64,000 nt of DNA. Origin: Monocercomonoides exilis PA203. Taxonomy: Eukaryota; Protista; Preaxostyla. The position numbers were made by a program, and so were the translations under genes. The DNA is taken from positions 1,426,001-1,490,000 of the forward strand of contig LSRY02000007.1 of assembly GCA_001643675.2 (NCBI GenBank). The letters run 5' to 3'. Positions 11,427-24,500 of this stretch are shown in pieces (within the stretch, counting starts at the first letter, position 1; the number at the start of each line of letters is the position of its first letter). The notes beneath the pieces are model-generated. The model saw only the letters and a program-made list of their open reading frames with translations. It had not been told where the DNA came from and made no database searches.

Positions 11427-14003
11427 ATGCTCTCAATTTTCTTTCTTTTTGTATCACAGATATTTGCTGAAGATTGTAGGTTCCAAGAATATTCATTAGT
11501 TACTGTTGAAAGTGCAGTTAATTGTTTACGTCATCTTCCGGTCTGTTTTCTTAATTAGAAACATGATTTGTTTTTTTGAATTGCTTCTATTTATATTTTT
11601 AATTTGCAATAGTACAAAAACAATCAAAAAGAAGCAAACCAAACAATTGAAGTTTTAGAGTCATTTTTGAATCAATATGCCTACAGAGATACAACAGCCG
11701 ATATTCCTGATCCCTTCAAAAAAGACAAATTTGACATTGTCAAAGCTATTAATGAAATAAAAGGAACAAAGTTCAACGACGGATTTGAATTCCACCAATC
11801 AATTGCCAATGCTGTTACAAAGTTGAATGACGCCCACACTGCGTATCATTATCCATGCTCTAATGCATTTGCTTATGTGTTTCCATATAACTTCGAACTT
11901 CAGGTTCCCAATCCGTCGAATCCTAACAATGTTAATGTTGTTGTGAAGAAATCGATTGTTTATGGCGCAACGGAAACTTTTATCAGAGGAGGCGGAGCAA
12001 ATATTCTTGGAAGTACAGTCACAACAATGGTCCTTCCTGATATTAGCGCAAATTCAACAGAAACTCCTGCTAATACAATTGCTAGATGGAGTCGCGAACA
12101 TGTTTCACTTTCTCGAACTCCTGCAGCCAAGTTAAACTATGCGTTAGACAACCAATTTACAGTAAGATCTCCTTCATTGAGCCCGCCTCCGGAACCAATT
12201 TCTCTTCGTGTAATGAATGGATCAAGACAATTAACCGTGAGAATTCCATTCTATGCATTACCTCTGACAAATACAAATAATGTTACAGATTTCTTTAACA
12301 AAATATGTCCTTCAAGAGATTCCACAATCGAAATAAATAAAGATTTATTTTCTCTCGACGAAAAGGATCCAGAAGAGGATTTCGATCAAATTATGAAAGA
12401 ACATGCTGATGATGCTGCATTTACGATGCTGTATGGAAAATTGAAACATGATAATGATTTTAGGCAAATGATTGCGGCACAAAGAAGAATATCTTTCGAA
12501 CTTGAGAAGGATGTTTTGAAGCAAATTCATCATCTGAAAAAAGTTGGAAAAATCCGAAGCGAAGCAGATGATGCAAGAGATTTGCTTGAAAGTGCAAGAA
12601 AGGCTATTGGAAAACGCAACAATGAAGATTCACTTCCTCATTTAGAAGTTTTCGTTTCAAACGAACATATTCGGACGGGTCTTATCCATGAATGGAAACT
12701 TGGCGTAATGCACATTGCATCTTTTTCACCAATGTCAGATAGCGATTTTGTAACTTGGATTACCGCATCTGTTGATGTTTTAGTTAAATCCAAAAAAGCA
12801 GGATACAAAATGATCATTGATGTACGAGGTAACGGAGGTGGTATTGTTTTCCTTGGAACACAGCTTTACCATTTATTGTTCCCGAATATGTTTCCTATTA
12901 CCCCGAAATATTCGTTTGTAGAAGGGCCTGCTAACAATGAAATGTTCAAAGCCATGGAAGCTTCAGCTCCAATTATTTTGATTACTAATTACACAACATT
13001 GGATACAATTTATGATTTGCTCAAACTTCCAGCGCGGAAAATTAGAAGAAATACATCAACTGGACAGCGCGAACAGAACTGGACGCAACCATTCGCGATG
13101 AACGCGGACAGATACTTCGATATTCTTTTTACTCCTCTGATTCCAGAAGAATACAGGGATAAGCAAATGTTTGACGCAAATGACCTTTTGTTCGTCACAG
13201 ACGGTGAATGTGGATCAACGTGCTCACAATTCTTGAAACATGTGAAGGAAACACAGCAAGCTAAAGTTATTGGGCTAGGAGGAGCATTAAATCAACAGAC
13301 AATACCTTATGATGTTGCCTCTTTTGCCGCAGGAAACGTTATCAGTTCGGACTCATTTGAAGGCTCAAACATTCCTGGCATTAAAAAGTTCCCTCGAAAG
13401 GGCACTTCCCTTTCATTTGTTATGAACACTGGATATTCATTTGATTGGAAAACACCTGATGAAGAGCTTGAATACAAGATTATCCAACCAGATGAAGTGT
13501 ATCCTTTGTATCCAAAGGTTGAGACTCAATTTACTGAGGAAGGATATTTATCAACTGCGCAAGCTGTTCGATATATGTTGGAAAAATGCTTTGCCTTTCA
13601 AGTTACGCAAAACGATAACTGCTCTGCTCCATCTGGACAGCATATGATTTATGGAAGTCCTTGTGTTAATGGTGCATTTGATTATCACAAATGCGTATTT
13701 AGAAGATGTGAAGATGGATATTATCTGAATGCTAACAATGCTTGCGTTAAAACACCAAAGATTCCTCCATTGAATTCGACTTTTGATGGCACATTTGGGG
13801 CAGTTCAAAATACAAAGGAAAATGCAGGAAATATACCAAGCCAAGGAAAGAAATCAAACTTTGGCGTGATTGGAGCTATCACAGTTGGGTGTGTGTGCGG
13901 TGCGTTAGCTATTGTTGGAGCTGCTGTTTTATTGGTGGTTGTTGTTAAGAAGAGAAAGTCCCAAAAGCATTTCCTTCCAGAGGAGCAACCCCTGAATGTT
14001 TAA
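11427..14003 (+). CDS. Peptidase S41 family (CPAF/tail-specific protease-like) protein with signal peptide and C-terminal TM anchor; intron 11541-11612
   Basis: Exon 1 MLSIFFLFVSQIFAEDC splices in frame into ORF 11667..14003. Motifs LNDAHT, IIDVRGNGGG and VTDGECGSTCS, followed by a Cys-rich segment and TM helix FGVIGAITVGCVCGALAIVGAAVLLVVVV-KKRK. Confidence 0.8.
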
Positions 14004-14815
14004 AAGCATAATAATTATTATAGAGGATTTTTTTTAAAAGCTATTTTCGTTGAATTTAGCGCAAGGCAAATGCCTTTTTAACTTTTAATTTTGAGCTCTT
14101 ATGATTCCGGTGAGGGGCGTAAAGATGTTTTCATATTTTGTCCTTTTTGCTATTAATATTATGTTTTTTTATGCCTGAGGGACATAGCAGTTGGAATCAT
14201 AAATTATTTTATAAAAATTACAGACTCTATTTTATACCTGGTGATTTTGAGAATAATACTGTCAAGTTTTCGCTTTGTTTTGTTTATTTACAAATTTATT
14301 TCGAATTTTTTTTTCATTATTGTATTTTTTTTAACTTTTTATTTGCTAATTGTTTCTGCGCTCAACAATTTGTTTAATATTTATTGTTTGAAGTTAAATA
14401 ACTTTTAAAGTTCAAACAAATGAAATTCAACAAGCTGTAATGATTCTTTAAAAAATTTATTTCTAATAATTTAACTTTTAAATATTCATCATCAATGAAA
14501 GTCAATGCATTTCAAACATAAGTATTTGATTTGTAAATACAGATTGTTTCTTGAAGAAAGATGAAAAAAGCGAAAAAAAAACAAATATTAACATTAAATG
14601 TTTCACATATCAAAAAACGGGAAAACTTATTATTACACAAAAATAGAATTTTTTGTACAACAAACATAATCCGTTTTTCATTAAAAAGAAAAACCTTATA
14701 AAAATTGAAAAAGATGAATCTTTCAAATAACCAAATTTATAAAAAAAAAGGAAAATTAAATAAATAAAAAAATAAAAAGAATCAGAGAATTGACGTTTCA
14801 AAACAATCACGTTAT

Positions 14816-17800
14816 TCATTCTTTCCTAAGATGCGTCGGCACAAGAGAAACTGGCTGAAGAAGAGAAGGTGCTTCGTGTGGCGGGCTTTTTGGAGGAGAA
14901 AAAGAGCGATTGGGAAGCGGAGGAGAATTCTTTTTGGTGGCAAAGAGAGAAGAAGACGGCGAAATCACACGATTTCTGGTTGATGTGAATGTGTTTGCCG
15001 ATTTAGAAGGCGAAGCAAATGAATTGGAAGCAGGAGAAGGAGACGAATTGGAAGAAGAGGAAAAAGAAGAGGAAGAGGAGGAGGAGGAAGAGGAAGAAGA
15101 AGGATATTGTATCTGAAAGCGTGTTTGCAAAGGTTTGAGTGGTGCAGATGGTGGTGGGACAGAAGAAGGAGGAGGAGCAACAGAAGAATGCAGATTTGAC
15201 GAAGCTGAAGAAGTGGTTGGCGCAATGGAAGAGGAAATATTCGAAGACTGAAGCGCTGAAAGCATTGAAGCAGAGAGGAACGAAGAAGAGGAAGAGGAAG
15301 AGGAAGAAGAAGAAGAAGCGGATGAAGATGAGTTGCCAGAAGGAGAGAGTGGGAATGTGCTTTGATCGGAGGAAGAAGGGAAAATCGACGAAATTGAGGC
15401 AGAAGAAGATGGATGGCCTGCTGCTGAAGCAGAAAGTGCCTGATAAGAATAGCTGTTTCCTCTGTTTCTGCTGCCAACATCGCTCACATCCTGAATCACT
15501 TCGTCAATCACCTCCACCTCTTCTATTTCTTCCACATCTCCATCACCAGCTCTAGCTCCATCTCCACCTTCTCTTCCGCTTTTCATTGGAGTCCCATCTC
15601 TTCTGCTCTGATATCCATCCAATCCAGCATCTTGTTGTAATCCCACGTTCCTCTGTCTTGGCGAGTGTTTTGTTGTGACTTGCCTCATCTTCCTTCTCAC
15701 AAACCCGTCTCCCCGTTCAGTTTCTGCTTCTTCTTTCACTTCACACACATTCCCTTCGTTGTCGCTCTCCATGTAATGCCTCACCCGACGTGATGGGTTT
15801 GCAGATGAAGTCAGAGAAAGAGGACTGACTGAAGGAGCAGCAGAAGGAGAAGACGAGAACGATGAAGGAAGTCCATTTGAAGCGCCTGGCTGGTTGATGG
15901 GCTTCTGTTGTTGTTGCTGCTGCTGTTGCTGATTTATTCGCAGTGGAGGAATGCTCCGTTCAGATGGCAAACGTGTTGAAGAAGAAGAAGAAGAAGAAGG
16001 AAATGCCATGCTGTTTCTGCTTGACAATTCAGCTGGATTTCTACGACCAACAGATGGCAGACCCGAAGATGGTGATTTTGGGTGTGACAGAGGTGTGGCA
16101 GTCGTTCTGGTGCCAGAAGCAGGGAAAGAGTTTGAAGAAGACGATGGAAAAGAAGGCGGATTCGAAAAACGGCCATTTGAGCGATTGGTCTGGTTTAATG
16201 AACGCATTTGGCTGGAAGTTGTGGAAGGTAACGTTGAAGACAAGGGGTTTGAAGCAAACGCAGGTGAACGAACAGAAAAGGAAGAAGCAGAAGAGGAAGA
16301 AGGAAATGCGAAGTGGGAAGAAGCTGTTGGGGTTAGTGGAGAAGAGAGATGCGGCGGGTGCGGAGAAGCATCTGCGGACTCTTCCGACAAAGCCAAGGGA
16401 GATGGAATCGAAGCATTTGAAGAAGGAAAAGCAGAAGCAGAGGCAGAAGCAGAAGGAGCAAATTTGTATGTGCTGGCTTGTTGGTTGTCTCTTTCATTGT
16501 CTGCGTTTATTTCGCGTGGACGAGCAGAAGGGAAAAGATCATCCATCTCTTCTTCATCGCTTGGACGGCGGAACGAAAGCTGCTGAGAAGCTTGCATTGC
16601 ATTCTGATTGAAATTAGTGGGATATGAAGGACGAGAAGAAGAAGAAGAAGATGATGATGAAGTCGAACTGAATTGCACAGGAGACGATGAGAAATTCTCT
16701 GAATGAATGTCACTGCGCTGTGGGCGAATGAGAGAAGGAGAGCCGATCCGAGCAAAGACTGGTGAGGATGGATGCTTCTGTGGCGGTGAGTTCTGCCGCT
16801 CAGGTGAATGCAGACGCGGAGAAAGCGGAGGCTTTAAAGGAAGTGAGCTTCGACGAGAGCGCTGAGACTCAGGAAAAGTGGTTTGAAATGGGGAGGTGGG
16901 GAATTGGGTGTAGCCTTGAACAGTTGAAGAAGGAGAAGGAGAAGGAGAAGCACGCGAAGGAGAGGAAGTCGAAACAGCAGTATAGCCAGAAGGCTGAGGA
17001 TGTGTCTGAGACAAGAAACGAGAAGGAGTCTGTGAAGTCGATCGATAAGGAGATGCTCCCATTACAGAAGAAGACTTTGGAGATGCCGGAAACGTCTCAT
17101 TTGACTGATACGGCTTCGGTGACTGCATGTCAGTCATTTTGGGTGTTGTGCGTATTGTGCGAGCGGGAGAACGGAAGGTCTCTTTGGTTTTATTCGGCAT
17201 TGTGCGCCACAGTGGAGTGGTGTTATCTGCTCTTGTATCAGATCTCCTATCCCCAGCGAATGACATCTCTGCCTCCATTTCGTCTGGCTGAGTGTCTGCA
17301 AAGTGGATCGTCTCTTCGATTTCGTCTTCTTCGTCGGGTTTTTCCTTGTGGTGCGTGCGGTGGCGGTGCCTTCTGTGGATGGCCTGGACAGGCTGTGAGA
17401 TTTGCGAAAGGTCAGTTAGAAGCGCCACCTTTCCGTCAGTATCCACCGAAGAGAGCAACGATGAACCACCCTGTTGCGCAACACGCGAAGAGAAAGGGAA
17501 AGAGGAAGCGTTGGAAGAAGTGGTCGCAGCGTAAGGCAATGTTGACGTTGCTGGATTTGCTCTTGTTGTCGAGCCGATTGTATGCTGAAGCATTGGAGAT
17601 GATAAAGCACCTCTGTCCATTCCGTCTGTTGGAGTGCCTTGCAAAAGCAACGGCGAAGGTGCAATTGATGTTGTTACTGTCGTGGTGGGTCCAAGGATAG
17701 GCGTAGAACCCAGTTTTTTGGTGTGAGTGGTAGTTGTTGTTACACGCACAGGTGACATTTGGCGTCGAGCCGCAGAATTTGTTGAAGCTGAAGTATTTGA

Positions 17801-18648
17801 AAATGAGGGTGAAGAAGGTGAAGCAGCTACTGTTCGGCGAGTTAAGGGGGTTGCTGGACGTGGAAACTTGTTGTCTGCTTGTTTAAATGGTAAAACGATT
17901 GGCTTTGTTGGTCCGAATTGTTCCCAAATAGATGGTTGAAAAAGAGGGTATTCAAGGCATTGTTGCGATGTGCATCGCGATCTAGGATCATAGTGAATTG
18001 TTGCACGCAAAACATCTGAGAAAAGTGGGATCATTTGAGGCTGCATCCCAGCGAATAAATCTTTTGTATCGCTCCAACTTTGAGAAATATCTCCTCTTAA
18101 AAAGATAGATTGTGTGGCCGGCGCATTTGGTGCAGCATGAAACTTTAAGGTGTTATACCTAAAATCACTAAGATAAAACAGTTCGCGCCTTGTTGGATTT
18201 CCGTATCTATAAAATATAGAAAAGAGAAGATTGTCGTAATTATCTCCAGAGAGCGGTGGATATCCTAATGCAATCTCAAAGAATATGCACCCGAACGCCC
18301 ACATATCACTCTCCGGGGTGAATATTCCAGTTGTTCTTCCATCCTCCAGTTTAAACAAAACTTCAGGAGCAAAGTAATGAGAGCAAGTGCAACCCGTATT
18401 CACAAGCTTAACTTGTCCCGTTGATGAAACCAAGATGTTTTTTGGATGCAAAGCTTGAAACGACCTCCCAGAAGCATGCTCAGCTTTCAAAATGTCCAAA
18501 ACAGATTTCATCCAAGGAACAAGAAGTGGTAACGGGAGAGCATCTTAAAAATCAAAATATCAAGTTTAAAATACTGTAAATGTTAAAAGAAAATAAAAAA
18601 TATACTGGGCTGTGACTGTTGTATGTCATACAATGAGATAAACGACAT
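14816..18648 (-). CDS. CMGC-like pseudokinase C-lobe followed by ~1000-aa Ser/Pro-rich disordered tail; intron 18544-18605
   Basis: LHPKNIL, VKLVNTG, HYFAPE, SDMWAFGCIFFE, YDPRSRCTSQQCLEYPLF. A short first exon MSFISLYDIQQSQP splices in frame. Confidence 0.75.
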
Positions 18649-18722
18649 TGAATTTTTCGTTTTAAAATTAAACCATTTTACATATTTGATGAAAATCACT
18701 GATCTCTCCACAATAAAATGTT
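18649..18722. promoter_or_regulatory. Very short bidirectional promoter region
   Basis: 74 bp between the divergent inferred ATGs of the pseudokinase and the acid phosphatase. Confidence 0.5.
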
Positions 18723-20905
18723 ATGAGTTTTTTAATTTTATGCTTTCTTCCGTTTATTTCAGCAAAGCTAGTTTCAGTACAAGTCATTCATAGACATGGT
18801 TTGAGAAATTTTATTTTTAATCGTTTTTATTCGGCATCCACGCTTTTTAACTTTTTTTAAGGTGATCGTTCTCCTCTTGAAAATTTTCCAGTTTGACAAC
18901 ATTTTTGGCAATTTTTATATTGTATAATCGCAACGATTGTGTGATTGATAATTGCCAAATTTTTTCTGTAGGATTTCAAACAGTGGCCATTGACAGGTCA
19001 GCTGACTCCTACTGGGATGAAGCAGCTGTTTGAACTGGGGACTTTGTTGAAGCAAGAATATGTTGACAAACAACATTTTTTGAAAGAAAATTATGATTAC
19101 AATGATGTATATATCAGGTCCACAAATAGGGATCGGACACTTATGTCTGCTGAATCGCTTTTGATGGGACTCTTTCCAAATTCAAAAGCGAATGGAGGAA
19201 GTAACATAAGCAATGAATTCCAAACAGATCTCCCTAAAGATTTTAATGTTGTTCCAATATCAACTACAGATGTTAATTCTGAATATTTGGTTCGTGGATA
19301 TGAAGCTTGGTATGATTTCGACAAAATGTTATTTCAAGAAATTGATTGATAATTTGATTGGTATTTTGAATATGAATTTGCTCATTTTTGAATGCGTAAA
19401 GTCCTTACTCGAAGGAAAGGTTCGAAGAGTTTTTAAAAACAAAAGAGGCAGAAGAGTTGATGAATAAGTATAAGAAAGAAATTGATGAGGTTTCCAAGCT
19501 TATGAATACGACATTGGATCTAAGAAATTATGAAAAAGTGTTAGACGCAATATATGTTGAATCATTATATAAGTTTGTGAATGCCACATTTTTTTATAAA
19601 GAAACTTATGAATTTGCTTAATATAAATTTTTTGGCATTTGAATCAATAAATATGAATTTTCTGATTGATTCCATTTCTTAAAACATAAATATTTGATTA
19701 TAATTTCATTTGCTTTATAGCCCCGATCACATTAATAAGCGATTAGTTGAATTGCGCAATGCACTTCTTCCATTCCAGAAAGAAGCATACAAACATTTTT
19801 ATCTAACTGACGATACAGACTGGAAGATTGCTTCGGCTGGCATGTTACTTGAAGAAGTGTGCACAACATCATAATAGAAAATTTTTATATTGATTATCTT
19901 CATTTTTGTGTTTTTGCAATTGTGTTCTGTTTGTCGTTTTGCAACGTTATTTTATTTACAAATACATCTTTTCTTGAAAAAAATAAACAGATGTTCTCCA
20001 CCAATCCTATGGCAGACATGCAGATTCAAAAGCAGCATTCACATGAGGATCAAAGACAGATGCTTTCATTCGATTCAGCATCTCCAAATCTCGCCAGTTC
20101 CCCCAAATCTGGAAAACTGTTTCGTGAGTATTCGGCTCACGACTCGACACTGAAATGCTTGCTTGGAGTGCTTGGGCTGGATGATAGTGTACTTCCTTAT
20201 TATTCTGCTGTTCTGATCGTAGAATTGCATAAAAAAGATGACGCTTATTCAGCTGATTCCGAACCTGCTCCACTATCTTCGTACTATTGGAAGTTTTATT
20301 ACCAACCGGATGAAACCAAAAGAGGAACGACTGATATTTGGAACCAGGTTAAGCCTGTGCAGTGCTCTTCGATGGACTGCTCCTTCACAGTTTGCGAAAA
20401 TGATTGATATTATTATTATTATTATTTAAATTAACTTATTTGCAATTGATGTCTTTTTCGTTTTTTTTATTTGTATATTTGACACATTTTAATTTCAATG
20501 TACTTTTTTTATTTTTAGGAATTTAGAGATTCTGTAAAATCAGTTTTTCCATCACAATTTGCATTCGAAGATTGGCTTGTTAACAAATGTCATTCAACAG
20601 AACAAATTTATCTTTCAGACGAAAAAATTAAGAGAATGGCAGCTGAAGAAGAGAATGAGGAACGCAAAACTCGAACGTGGACTGCTCTGCTTTGCTCGGC
20701 TGCTGGACTGCTGTTTCTGGCCATTGTGGGATTGATTATAGTCATCTTTTTGGTGTGCAGAGCGTCAAGCGGAAAACTATATGCAAAGCAACGTTCAAGG
20801 CATGTTGCAAATGGAAGGATTAATACAACCTATGAGCATTCGCAAGAATATCCTATCGCAAAAGAAGATATGCCTGATGAATCGTCACAGCTATTGGCAA
20901 AATGA
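18723..20905 (+). CDS. Histidine acid phosphatase (lysosomal/prostatic type), multi-exon, signal peptide and C-terminal TM
   Basis: RHG|DRSP split by intron 18799-18861, then GQLTPTGMKQ, YIRST...RTLMSA and YSAHDST. TM helix near the C-terminus, followed by an ExxxLL (ESSQLL) sorting-like motif. Confidence 0.9.
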
Positions 20906-21510
20906 TTAAGCGGCAATTTCAAAAGTGTTTAAGGGGAGAAAAATGCGAAGTGCTAAAGTTGAAAAATTCTTGATACTTCTGAATCCAACTAATAAATGAT
21001 AAAGTTACGTTTGAAGGCTCTTTCAATTCTCTCAGAAGTAATTGAGCTAAAAGAGAATAACATGTTGAAAATTAAATCCACTTCACTATTTCTATTATTT
21101 GTGTGTTTTATGTTTTGGCGCTGGTTCATATTGTTTTTGGTAAAAGAAAAAGTTCTTTTGCCTTAAAAATTTGAGAAACTGGCTCACCTAATCGTTGTAT
21201 GTACATTCTATTAGAAAATAGTTTGGCATAAAAACAATAAAAATCTAGCAATTGAAGACGATTCAAAAAAGTTGCTTGACTGTGAAACAAAAAGAAAAAA
21301 ATAACGCATCCTTTGGAGCGTCTGAATCGTTTTGTGAACAGAAATTTTCAAACTTAAAAAATAAGAATGATTAGCTAATATATACAACGCATGAATATAT
21401 AAAGAATTTGGAATTACATAATAAACTGAAAAACCAATTTTCTAAAAAAATTATAAAGAATTAGAAACAAAAAGCTTGTAAAAACTAACAAATAGCAATT
21501 ATAATAATAT

Positions 21511-24500
21511 TCACTTTTGTATCGAACATTTTTCGTTTATAAGCTCAATATTCACAATCTCGTTGCTTAAAGCAACTTCACTTTCTCCCTTCGAATCTTT
21601 TCCACTGCTGCTTTCGTTCTCTAAGTCAATTGCATCTGAGATTGTGAGAATAACCGCATCGGCTGGAAAACTATTGAAAAATTCCCTTTTAACGCAAGCC
21701 AACGAAGGCCTGTCATTGGGCAATTGTGCAAAGCACTGTTTAATCAACTTATAAAAGCGGGATTTAACCATTGTGCAAATGCTTGGCCTTTCTCCGTTTG
21801 TAATCTTCTTTCCTGCAATCTCTGCTTCGTATTCGCCAAACGGAATTTCCATGCTCAAGCACTCCCACAGCATCATTCCAATCGAGAATGCAACCGAACT
21901 ATTTGTCGACATCATCGTCTTATTGATCATCAGCTCCGGAGCTTTCCATCTTAAGCTCTCCTTCAAGTTGTAGTCCTCATCCTCGAACGCAGAAGAGGGT
22001 GGTGGAGAATCTGTGAATCTCTCGCTCATCGCCGAAATATTGGAGGAGGAAGAAACAATTGTTAATGAAGAGATTGATGATGAGTCTGAGTCTGATGAGC
22101 AGTCAGAATGCATTGCAATACAAATAACCATGTGTTCGGAGAACAGTACAATGTGCGGACTCAAATTGGAAAGAGAAGAAAGAGGATTTTCCATTTCATC
22201 AAAGGAGTGAAGCGCTCCATTCGCCACCCAAAAGAGGATTTGGGCAGCTGTGTGCTCTCTCTCAGTTAATGTGCCTATCGCCATCTCCTTCTTCTCATTT
22301 TTTCCATGAAGCAGCATGAACAGTGAATCCCTCAAATCCACAATTAGTTTTTCATGGGGGGATGAGCAGGCCATTGCATCCACCAGATTCGACATGGATG
22401 AGGTGGTTGGACACAGACTCTCCGATCGAACAAATGTTGAATCCGAATCAGTTGTTGAAGTGGATGAAATGGAAGGTGAAGGCGATCTCTTTCTTGAAGC
22501 ATCATCTTCTTCCTTCTCATCAACCTTCTCCAACACCCAATCAGGGATCTTATCTGAATCTCTGCCCAATATATATTCAGTGGAACCACTCTCAGAAAGA
22601 AGATGCTCCGATGACTCCGAATGTTCCATATTCGAATCATAGACCCTCTTCTTGATCCTTTCTTCATTCTTCTTCTCTGCCTCCCTTTCTGCTCTCCTCC
22701 ACTGCGCCTCGGGAGACATCTCCATTGTCACCATTTCAATCAGCTTCGGATCCTTTTTGACTGTGTCGTTCACAATCTCCTCAAGTTCTTCTGTTCTTTC
22801 CTTTTGTCTCCTCCACCGAACAATGAATATAATTGATACAATCAGAACAATCAAAAACAACATAACGAAAATGAAAATGACAATCAAAGCCCACGATGAA
22901 ACAGTTCCGCTTCCTTCTTTGGACAGCTTTCCATTTGCGTTTGTCTGAGGCTCGCTTTTGTTCTTCAGTATGAATGATTGCGTTGACAAAGGTCGCTTTT
23001 CGTCACCAAACAAGACACATACGCTCACCTCGGCTTCACTTGGAGCATCTTTGACCAAAGATGATTGGATGTTTGTAACAACTTCAGATTCGTTCACATA
23101 TTCACTATCTTCGAACTTGTCAGTATGCAACGATTTCTCTTCATTCAGTGTTGTTGTCAGTTGGAACTGCAAGCAACAGGGCATCAGCAAATTTCCTATG
23201 AACTTCAGTTTTATTTCTGCTCCTGCTTCTTCTTGTTCAACTCTCTCCAAATGAGGAATAAACAGCACAGACGTTCTTTCCAAAGCAATTCCTTCCATTT
23301 CGCAACCCTCATTCAAAATCCACATCGATGAGTTCGGCAGCAAGCCATCTCCTCCTTTAAAGCTCATCACATCCACAATTCCCCCTTCATCACATATTAT
23401 ATTTCTTCTTGCTGAAGGATATCGTTCAATCGATGGATTATTTCCCTCAAACATCCCCATTTCTATTGTCAATCTGCCCTTTGAAACAGAAATTCCTCCT
23501 TTTGATGAGTTTGCAACTGTTGTATCTTTCATGTAACTGGTGCAGCTTGTGAGACAAATTATTGACCCATTCCAATGGCACACATCTTCAATTGCTGAAT
23601 TTCCAATAAAAGTTGTATCATTTTGGCATCCTTCAAAAATCGATGATTCAATGGAAACATTATTGGATAATTCAAGAATCTGTGCATTTGAGGAAGTAGA
23701 TGTCTGATTTGCAAACGAACAGTTCGAAATTTGATAAAAAACGGAAAAAGAAGAGGATGATAATGAGCATGCACTTGGAGTTATTCGTCTGATTCCGGAG
23801 ACATTCGAGTGAATTATCAAGAAAGAACTCTCAAGATTCTCCTCGTTCATTTTCGAAATGGTTCGTTCTTCCACAGAAATCAGAGAACTATTTTCAATTG
23901 TGATATCTGAAGTGTTTATTTCTTTAATGATGAGATTTGAGCCCTCACAAGCATCAATCAGTGAGCTTCCTAATGTCAATTCGCCAAACTCAACGGCTTG
24001 CAGCTGACCAATACAAGAACTCCTCAGCTCAAACAACGGCCTTGAAGTGATCATGTGTTTCACGCTTGTTCTGCTCATATCAAAAGATCCAGATACAATT
24101 GTAAACAATGATTGATTGATGCACATGTTCTGATCAGCGCTGGAGAATAAACAAGACGAAACAACCAATGAGCCGTTCGTTTGTGTAAATATACTTTCGA
24201 GTGTTGAAATAAAACCATTTTGAAACAAAAAAGAAATATATTCAAATTTCACAGTCTCAACACTTTCCAAAAGACACTCTAATATTTGTGATTCTGAAAT
24301 TTCCGTTCTCAGATGAACAACAGCATATGTTACTGGATTCAGACTCTTTATTGAAACTCTATTCGCGGTACAACCTTTTAAGATTTCGCATTCTCTATAA
24401 ATCAATAGGTGGCTAAATGTTGAGGAAATAATATGAGACAATCCATAATTCAAGGATTTACAAGGTGTCGTTGAGTTTCCGCATTGCTCCGCATCATTCC

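Noticed and set aside
14910-17939. Many long antisense and alternative-frame ORFs (also at 29680-34743 and 50034-52650)
   Set aside because: Shadows of (TCT)n/(GAA)n low-complexity coding on the opposite strand, with no domain motifs.
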